Positions 57,424 to 64,000 of a DNA stretch of 64,000 nt are shown piece after piece. The DNA lies in IMG/VR virus record IMGVR_UViG_3300030450_002944, positions 1 through 64,000 of that record; one strand, 5' to 3'. The position numbers and the translations under genes are program-made. Source of the stretch: a virus. The stretch's first letter is position 1; each line of letters opens with the position of its first letter. The notes under the pieces are model-generated. The model did no database searches. It was not told where the DNA came from and saw only the letters and a program-made list of their open reading frames with translations.

Positions 57424-58677
57424 ATGGAAAGTTATGAATATATAGAGTCTGGGATTGTACTAAATCTAGACAGTAAGGAATCTTTACGAAAGTTTAAACA
57501 TTCTTCTAAGGATTTTGCTAAACATGGAGACGCATTAAAATTCATCAATAAACATTTTGATGATTATGGAAGCTTTCCATCAACTGATACCTTAGTTGAG
57601 AATTTTCCTACAATTGACACTACTGCAAATAGTTTAAATTTAGATTATGCAATTGACTCTTTTAAAAGTCAAGTCTTATTTAGAAATATTGTTTCTTCAT
57701 TTCAGTCAAATAAAGATTTATTAAAAGAAGATCCTAAGAAAGCTCTCTCATATATTCAATCTAACTTAAATGATATAGAAGTTGTTTACGATGAAGATGT
57801 AATTTCATATGATTCAGCAGCAGATGGAAGATTTGATGCATGGCAGGCTAGAAGTAAGAAACGAAAGATGGGGGAAGGTATGATGGGTATACCAACACCT
57901 TTCAAGTCTTTGAATAAAACAGGTGTAGGATGGATGCCGGGAGAATTAATTGCAATGTTTGCTAGACCAACTGTTGGTAAAACATGGATGTGTATTCAAG
58001 TAGCAGCAACTGCAATGATGAATGGACATAAAACACTTATGATTTCTACAGAAATGCCTGTAGATGCTATTAGCTTAAGAGCAGATGTTGTCTTAGCTAA
58101 TATGATGGGATACAAATTCTCTCATTCAGCTCTTAGAACAGGTAAACCCATAGATGAAGATAAGTATAAAGAATTTTTACAGAAATTAAATGGACGACCA
58201 TTATTAATATGTGATCATATTCAAGGAGAAAGCAGTATATCATTAGAAAGTATTGCTGCATTAATAAGAAAACACAATCCAGACTTAGTTGTTTTGGATG
58301 GAATTTATTTAGTATCATCGGGAGATGGTAGAAAAGCAATGTGGGAACAGTCCCATTCATTGTTTTATGGTATGAAGACTCTTGCTCTTAGTACTAATAC
58401 TCCTGTATTCGTTTCTACACAAGCTACTAGGGAAGCTGCAAATATGTTTGAGCCACCTAGAGCAGATCAAGTTGCATTTGGGGATGCTTTAATTCGTTCT
58501 TCAGATGTTGCAATGGCAATGTGTAGAGTTGAGAATGAGGAAGATAAGAGATTAGTTCAATACCAAAAATACAGAGATGGAGTCCTTGCATCTGATGTTT
58601 CTATTATGGATTGGGATGTGGATAGAGGGCGTATAGAAGAAACAGATGAGGATATCTGGAGCAACGATAGCTTTTAA
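57424..58677 (+). CDS. dnaB: DnaB-like replicative helicase
   Basis: Walker A ARPTVGKT, STEM, VVLDG, STQ and K.RDG. Confidence 0.9.
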   Translation: MESYEYIESGIVLNLDSKESLRKFKHSSKDFAKHGDALKFINKHFDDYGSFPSTDTLVENFPTIDTTANSLNLDYAIDSFKSQVLFRNIVSSFQSNKDLLKEDPKKALSYIQSNLNDIEVVYDEDVISYDSAADGRFDAWQARSKKRKMGEGMMGIPTPFKSLNKTGVGWMPGELIAMFARPTVGKTWMCIQVAATAMMNGHKTLMISTEMPVDAISLRADVVLANMMGYKFSHSALRTGKPIDEDKYKEFLQKLNGRPLLICDHIQGESSISLESIAALIRKHNPDLVVLDGIYLVSSGDGRKAMWEQSHSLFYGMKTLALSTNTPVFVSTQATREAANMFEPPRADQVAFGDALIRSSDVAMAMCRVENEEDKRLVQYQKYRDGVLASDVSIMDWDVDRGRIEETDEDIWSNDSF

Positions 58678-58686
58678 GGAGGCGAT

Positions 58687-58878
58687 ATGAAAGTTCTAGG
58701 AATGATTATGAAATATTACTCTCTCTTTAATAAGTACTCAGACGTAATACCTGAATTGGTTAAGCTTGTAGATACTGCAGTAAAAGCAGTTGAAGACAAA
58801 AAGATCAGTAAGGCAGAACAGAGTGCTTTGATGAAAGAGTATTGGAACGTAATTAACAAAATAAAAGAGGCAAAATAA
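58687..58878 (+). CDS. small hypothetical protein
   Basis: AAGGAGG SD. Confidence 0.6.
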   Translation: MKVLGMIMKYYSLFNKYSDVIPELVKLVDTAVKAVEDKKISKAEQSALMKEYWNVINKIKEAK

Positions 58879-59741
58879 TGATAGATTGGGCACAAGTGCT
58901 ATTAGATACAGGAATTGATGTACCTGAAGACTATGATGAGTTTTCAATAAGATGTCCATTCCATGATGATGGTGTCGCTTCATGCTCAATCAATATCGAA
59001 AAAGGGTTGTGGATATGCTTCGCAGGGTGTGGTCAAGGAAGTCTAAAGAATTTTCTTAGAAAATATCTAGATTGTAATGGAGTAGAGCTAGAAAAATTAT
59101 TAGTTGATAGTCAAATGGATTTTTCCATTAACTTCTTTGATGATTTAGTAGCTACTATTGAAGAACGAGAAGAGTTTTTTATGAAAGCAGATACATCAAA
59201 ACATCCAAGTTGGATATTTGATAGAGGTTTCTCTGAAGAAACCCTGAAAGAGTGGGGTTGTGGAACAACAGAATACAATGATTTAGTAATTCCAATTCAT
59301 GACTTGGAGTCAAATCTAGTTGGATCAGTAACAAGAAGGGTAAATGCTACCCCAAAGTACATGTATTCAAAAGGATTAAAGAAATCACAGGTCATATTTG
59401 GAGCACATAAGTTAACTGAACCTAAAAAATACGTCTGTATTACAGAGGGGTCACTTGATACAATGTGGTTAAATCAAAAGGGTTATCCAAGTGTAGCTAT
59501 TCTAGGAGCAACTATGTCTAGAGCACAATTGGATATTCTGCGATCATTAAGAACAGAAGAATATATCTTATGTTTCGATAATGATGAGGCAGGACAAAGG
59601 GCGATATCGAAAGCAATGCTTGACATATCAACCAGCTTTATGGTATCATATATAAAGATGCCGAAAAAATATAAGGACGTACAAGATGTACGTTCCGAGG
59701 CATTACTCAAAGAAGTAATAGCAAAACGACATTATTGGTAA
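58878..59741 (+). CDS. dnaG: DNA primase (CHC2 zinc finger plus TOPRIM)
   Basis: CPFHDD...CFAGC; ITEG..D; FDNDEAG. Confidence 0.9.
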   Translation: MIDWAQVLLDTGIDVPEDYDEFSIRCPFHDDGVASCSINIEKGLWICFAGCGQGSLKNFLRKYLDCNGVELEKLLVDSQMDFSINFFDDLVATIEEREEFFMKADTSKHPSWIFDRGFSEETLKEWGCGTTEYNDLVIPIHDLESNLVGSVTRRVNATPKYMYSKGLKKSQVIFGAHKLTEPKKYVCITEGSLDTMWLNQKGYPSVAILGATMSRAQLDILRSLRTEEYILCFDNDEAGQRAISKAMLDISTSFMVSYIKMPKKYKDVQDVRSEALLKEVIAKRHYW

Positions 59742-59754
59742 AGGAGGATTTACT

Positions 59755-60441
59755 ATGTCAGGAATAGCAAAAATTTTGCAAAAGAGAGAAGCCATATTAA
59801 ATCCATCAGATAATCAATCTTTTGGTAAAGAGATTTGGTTTAAAGATGGAGATCAAGCATTTCTTACTCCAGTGGCTTCAGGAGAAGAAGGGGATGCTTT
59901 ATTAGATGAAATCTATCTGTATACATACAGATCAGGTAATAGGTGGATTAACCTATTATCAGACGATTCAGTCGACTCAAGTGCTGTACCATCTGATTCT
60001 AGACCATCACATAAGTTTGCCTTTTGGGCATACGTTCACGAAATTATCCACACTGAAAAGAAAATGGATGATTGGGAAGAAGTTGAAGGTCCAGCTGGCA
60101 AGAAGATGTACAAACAAGTCGTAGATGACTTTAAAGTTGTACCTCTAGGGTTTGGAAGAAGTGATTACGTTTGGAACCAGATTGTAGACATCTACAATGA
60201 TTGGGGAAATCTAAATAAAGGTGTAATTAGGATCAAGAGAACAGGTGCAGGAATGTATGATACTTCATATACTATTGCAGCAACTACTAGATCATCAGAC
60301 ATACCTGAAGACAAACAGCCTGAAATCAGTGACTTACCATCTATCAAAGACTATTACATGGATAGATATGGTAACACACCTGAAACTGAAGACACAAATA
60401 ACTCATTTAGTACTGATGATACAGAGGATGATTTATTTTAA
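59755..60441 (+). CDS. single-stranded DNA-binding protein (gp32-like)
   Basis: IKRTGAG..TSY and an acidic tail ending DDLF; lies between primase and polymerase. Confidence 0.7.
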   Translation: MSGIAKILQKREAILNPSDNQSFGKEIWFKDGDQAFLTPVASGEEGDALLDEIYLYTYRSGNRWINLLSDDSVDSSAVPSDSRPSHKFAFWAYVHEIIHTEKKMDDWEEVEGPAGKKMYKQVVDDFKVVPLGFGRSDYVWNQIVDIYNDWGNLNKGVIRIKRTGAGMYDTSYTIAATTRSSDIPEDKQPEISDLPSIKDYYMDRYGNTPETEDTNNSFSTDDTEDDLF

Positions 60442-62442
60442 ATGCTAGTAAGAGATCAAAATACATTTAACAAGGTTCTACCTACACTTAACAATCATAC
60501 TGTGGTAGTGGATGTAGAGACAAATGGTTTTGATTCTTATGGTATAAATCAAATTTGTGGAATCGGAGTCGGATTTGTAGACAACTTAGACTCGTACTAC
60601 TTCCCTTTCCGACATCAACAAGTAGGAAATAACCTTCCTAGCGAGTGTTTAGATACCCTCATCGAGTGGTTAAATCAATCCAAGCACCTTGTTGGTTACA
60701 ACATCAAGTTCGATCTTCGATTCCTTGAAAAAGAAGGACTATTAGTTGAAGACAAGACTTTAATTGATGTACTCACGATGGTTCGTTTGACTGAACCATC
60801 CACAGTTAAAGACTTGGATCTCACTAATACGATAAAAAGAAGCTATGGGGAAAGTCATGCAAGCTATGATTTAGAGACAAAAAAAGTTTTACGCTCTAAT
60901 AAATGGAATAAGGATTTTTCCCTAGCTCCTATAGAAGTTTTAGGACCATATTGTGAAAAAGATGTGCTCTATACTGCAAAACTTTTTAATGATAGATTAG
61001 AAGTCATTAAAAAATCTAAACAGTTAGACGTATTTAAATCTCAAATGGAATTGACTAAAGTTCTGTATGTTATGGAAGGGCATGGAATTAAAATAGATAA
61101 CAACTATGTGCATGAAACTATGCTCAAACTAGAGAAACGTAAGGATGAGATTAAAAAAAGAGTTTTAGATCTTGCAGGGAAGGAATTTAATCTTAATAGT
61201 ACACAACAACTAGGGGAAGTACTTAATGAAAGAGGTATAAAATCTCCTGAGAAGACTGCAAAAGGACAACAGTCATGGAATGAAGCTGCGTTAGTACAAA
61301 TAAATGATCCGATTGCTGGATATGTACGTCAATATAGAGCTTTAGAGAAATTGAGGTCTACATATTTAGAGCCTTTCTCGGTAAAGAACGAATTACATAC
61401 AACTTTTTGTAATTGGGGTACTTTAACAGGAAGACTATCATCTAGGAATCCAAATTTGCAGAACATTCCTCGAAACCATTTCAATCTAATGGATAAAAAG
61501 TTAACTGAGGAAGATAAGAAAGAATTGAAAAGTAGAATTAATGCTACATTAGCTGCCAAAGGGCAAACAAGTAGAGTTGAAGGATTAAGTGATGAGGTTT
61601 TAAATACTTGGACGTTTGTTGGAGACGAATCTTTTGATAAATCACAAGAAGGGCAGATAGCAATTAGGAATTTATTTGTACCAAGAGATGATTATAAGTT
61701 AGTTTCGTTTGATTATTCTCAAATGGAAGTAAGAGTATTCTTAAGCTATCTTCAAAATGAAGAAGTTAATCAAATGTTGACTAAATCAAATGTAGATTTT
61801 CATGGGGAAGCAGCAAAATTAGCATTTAATGTAACTGAAGATGATGAAACATTTAAAATGTTTAGGCAAACTGCTAAGAGTATTACATTTGGAACTATAT
61901 ATGGTATAGGAAATCAAAAGTTAGGTATTCAATTAGGTGTTCCAGCTCAAGAAGCTGCCGCTTATAAGAAAAGATACTTTGATGGTATTAAGGGTTCAAG
62001 AGAATTTTTTAATGCAGTAGTGAGGAAAGTAGAATTATTAGGACAAATAAAGAATAAATATGGTAGGGTTTATCAAATTCCTAAGAATTTAGGATACAAA
62101 GGGATAAACTATCTTGTACAAGGCACAAGTGCCGACATTCTTAATGAAAGAATGATACAAGTACATAAATTATTAGAAAACTTTAAGAGTAATTTACTTT
62201 TACAAGTGCATGATGAAATAATATGTGAGATACATAAGGATGAAATGGAGACATTGCCAAACTTAATTAGGGATGTTTTAGTAGAGAATACTTTACGCAT
62301 ACCTTTAGAAGTTGATATAGAAATATGCGAACCATCATGGGCAGTAAAAAAAGATTATTTTAAAAAAGAAGAGTCTATACAGGAAGAACCTGTAGTAGAA
62401 GTAAAAGAAAAAGAATTAGCATATAGTATAGATTGGAGCTAA
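60442..62442 (+). CDS. polA: family A DNA polymerase with 3'-5' exonuclease
   Basis: DVETNG, YNIKFD, TGRLSS.NPNLQNIP, DYSQMEVR, AKSITFGTIYG (Phe at the 762-equivalent) and QVHDE. Confidence 0.95.
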   Translation: MLVRDQNTFNKVLPTLNNHTVVVDVETNGFDSYGINQICGIGVGFVDNLDSYYFPFRHQQVGNNLPSECLDTLIEWLNQSKHLVGYNIKFDLRFLEKEGLLVEDKTLIDVLTMVRLTEPSTVKDLDLTNTIKRSYGESHASYDLETKKVLRSNKWNKDFSLAPIEVLGPYCEKDVLYTAKLFNDRLEVIKKSKQLDVFKSQMELTKVLYVMEGHGIKIDNNYVHETMLKLEKRKDEIKKRVLDLAGKEFNLNSTQQLGEVLNERGIKSPEKTAKGQQSWNEAALVQINDPIAGYVRQYRALEKLRSTYLEPFSVKNELHTTFCNWGTLTGRLSSRNPNLQNIPRNHFNLMDKKLTEEDKKELKSRINATLAAKGQTSRVEGLSDEVLNTWTFVGDESFDKSQEGQIAIRNLFVPRDDYKLVSFDYSQMEVRVFLSYLQNEEVNQMLTKSNVDFHGEAAKLAFNVTEDDETFKMFRQTAKSITFGTIYGIGNQKLGIQLGVPAQEAAAYKKRYFDGIKGSREFFNAVVRKVELLGQIKNKYGRVYQIPKNLGYKGINYLVQGTSADILNERMIQVHKLLENFKSNLLLQVHDEIICEIHKDEMETLPNLIRDVLVENTLRIPLEVDIEICEPSWAVKKDYFKKEESIQEEPVVEVKEKELAYSIDWS

Positions 62443-62443
62443 C

Positions 62444-62626
62444 ATGGAAGTTACAGCAAAGAATAATGAACCCTTTGAAAAGCTTATGAAGCGTTTTACA
62501 AAGAAAGTTCAAAAAGAAGGTTTATTAGAGACTTATAGGGATCATTTAGTATTTGAGCCTAAGAGTGTTAAAAGACAACAACAAAAAGCGAATAAGCTAA
62601 GAAAGAGTAGACAAAATGAATCTTAA
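62444..62626 (+). CDS. rpsU: 30S ribosomal protein bS21
   Basis: NEPFEKLMKRFTKKVQKEGLL...FEPKSVKR; 60 aa, basic. Confidence 0.85.
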   Translation: MEVTAKNNEPFEKLMKRFTKKVQKEGLLETYRDHLVFEPKSVKRQQQKANKLRKSRQNES

Positions 62627-62936
62627 TGAAAAATTAGAGAAATTTTTAGAGTCAACCGAAGAAGAAGTAATGTTATATGATGATTACGAAGATGCATTTA
62701 TAGGGTTAGGATATCAACAATATAATGGTCCTATTGCTATATATGATGCATCAAAGTGTATTGAAATCTTAACTAATAATTTTATGGATGATCCTGATTG
62801 TGACGATTGGGATGATGCAAATGAAATGGCTGTAGAATATTTTGATTATAATAGTGTTGGAGCATGGTATGGGGACAAAACACCCATATTCATAATGACA
62901 ACAAATGAAGATATAAACGAACACATAGGAGAATAA
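62616..62936 (+). CDS. conserved phage protein
   Basis: DAFIG...AIYD...A.EYFDYN..GAW.G..TP.F family motif. Confidence 0.65.
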   Translation: MNLNEKLEKFLESTEEEVMLYDDYEDAFIGLGYQQYNGPIAIYDASKCIEILTNNFMDDPDCDDWDDANEMAVEYFDYNSVGAWYGDKTPIFIMTTNEDINEHIGE

Positions 62937-62937
62937 T

Positions 62938-63357
62938 ATGGTAGGATCATGGAAAAACCCTGACTTTAAAGGAGACTTTACACAAGGAGAATGGGATGAT
63001 AAAAAAGCAAATTATCCGGATCTAAGTTGGGATGAGTATCGAAAAATAAAAAAGACTGAAGAAGAATTAATTGCTGAAGTCGATATAAAAATGCCGGAAG
63101 AAGAACTTGTAGAAGTACAAACAAAAAAATATAGTTTTAAAGAAGCTTATGAAAGAGATAATGCAGTAGATCCAGAACATTATCATTTCGCTATAGAACC
63201 ATGGAAATTTATAGCTGAGAATAACCTTGACTTTGCTCAAGGCAATGTGGTAAAATATATATGTAGATATAAATATAAGAATGGTATTGAAGACCTTAAG
63301 AAGGCAAAACAATACATAGATATGCTAATTGATAAGGAGGAAAATGCCGATAACTAA
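62938..63357 (+). CDS. DUF3310 (T7 gp1.7-like) domain protein
   Basis: P.HY...F..GNVVKY..RY..KNGIEDLKKAKQY. Confidence 0.85.
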   Translation: MVGSWKNPDFKGDFTQGEWDDKKANYPDLSWDEYRKIKKTEEELIAEVDIKMPEEELVEVQTKKYSFKEAYERDNAVDPEHYHFAIEPWKFIAENNLDFAQGNVVKYICRYKYKNGIEDLKKAKQYIDMLIDKEENADN

Positions 63358-63733
63358 CCCTGTACAAAGAGGTGATGGTATTATCATAGGAAAATATTAT
63401 TCAGATAAAAATATTTTTGTTAGAAAACTTAACTATAAAAGCCATATTTTCAGAAAAACTAATTCATCAACTTTTGATGAAAATGTAATAAAACACTTAG
63501 AAGCATATGTAGATTATTATGACAATGCTTTAGAAGAATTAGTTATGGTAAATGAGTATAAAGACAAACCTTATAATCATTCAATAACTTATAAAGAATT
63601 TTTAAAATGTACAGATAATAAAGAAAATTTAATATTCCATCATGGGAAGAATATAGGTAAATATAAACCTAGATATAAACAATATGAAATCCCTATAGAG
63701 AATATGGTAAAGGAAACAAATGGCAAGACGTAA
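63329..63733 (+). CDS. hypothetical protein
   Basis: ORF with SD. Confidence 0.5.
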   Translation: MIRRKMPITNPVQRGDGIIIGKYYSDKNIFVRKLNYKSHIFRKTNSSTFDENVIKHLEAYVDYYDNALEELVMVNEYKDKPYNHSITYKEFLKCTDNKENLIFHHGKNIGKYKPRYKQYEIPIENMVKETNGKT

Positions 63734-63870
63734 TTGGAGTAAATGTTATGACTGTGGTAAAAAAATAAATACTAAACGCAATGCCATCTCAAGACATGGG
63801 CATGGTTGTGAGGCGTGTTGGTTAAAGAAAAGAAGAAAAGAACGTAGAGAAGAAAGGAGGGCTATAACAA

Positions 63871-64000
63871 ATGGCTAAAGTAGGAGTGAAATTAGGCTTT
63901 ACTTATAGAGTAGGAGATCTAAATAATAATCAATATGGAAGGATAGATGTAGATATACATGATATAGATACAGAACTACCATTAGATGAGCAATTAGATA
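63871..64000 (+). CDS. hypothetical protein, truncated by the window end
   Basis: AAGGAGG SD; MAKVGVKLGFTYRVG... Confidence 0.55.
   Translation, partial: MAKVGVKLGFTYRVGDLNNNQYGRIDVDIHDIDTELPLDEQLD

Noticed and set aside
18852-60053. Three TTATCCACA DnaA boxes (18852, 25724, about 60044)
   Set aside because: All are isolated and inside ORFs; the count is not clearly above chance for this base composition.
2302-63312. Minus-strand track ORFs within the structural and replication modules, and plus-strand ORFs within 22571-25656
   Set aside because: They are antisense shadows of well-supported genes or promoters, without SD or recognisable motifs.
1-64000. Alternative genetic code or prophage state
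   Set aside because: Core genes are uninterrupted in the standard code, and no integrase, att site or host flank is visible.

Overview
The window is a 64-kb, AT-rich segment of a large lytic tailed phage (Caudoviricetes, siphovirus-type tail module). The kelch and fibre genes suggest an aquatic phage. Chloroflexota or Actinomycetota is a weak guess for the host. Layout: (1) 1-8160 holds late head genes: HK97 gp10-like, scaffold, major capsid, decoration proteins, prohead protease, a Cys-rich peptide and an amphipathic peptide. (2) 8160-21600 is a rightward array of small acidic early ORFs and structured RNAs behind about 15 near-identical sigma70 promoters with an 18-bp spacer; this segment alone is almost purged of AGCT and GAAGG. 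(3) 21600-28000 is a mostly leftward array of promoter-gene-terminator cassettes punctuated by 12 copies of an 18-bp pseudo-palindrome (GATATATC-ATATAAC-TCC), most lying helically phased to a -35 box. It ends in a divergent sigma-region-4-like HTH gene whose own promoter carries the same box. (4) 29100-55150 holds a nuclease, probable internal head proteins (one with a PAP2 domain), fibres, the neck, the tail tube, frameshifted tail chaperones, two tandem short tape-measure paralogs and a tail tip with an S74 chaperone. (5) 55150-64000 holds FmdB, Hsp20, a phage sigma factor, DnaB, primase, SSB, PolA, ribosomal protein bS21 and DUF3310. The best candidates for undescribed biology are the 18-bp box/HTH cassette regulon, six terminal-stem-closed early ncRNA domains, and the sharply bounded restriction-site-depleted segment. 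No terminase, portal, integrase, tRNA or CRISPR array was seen. All family calls come from motif recognition by eye, with no database searches.
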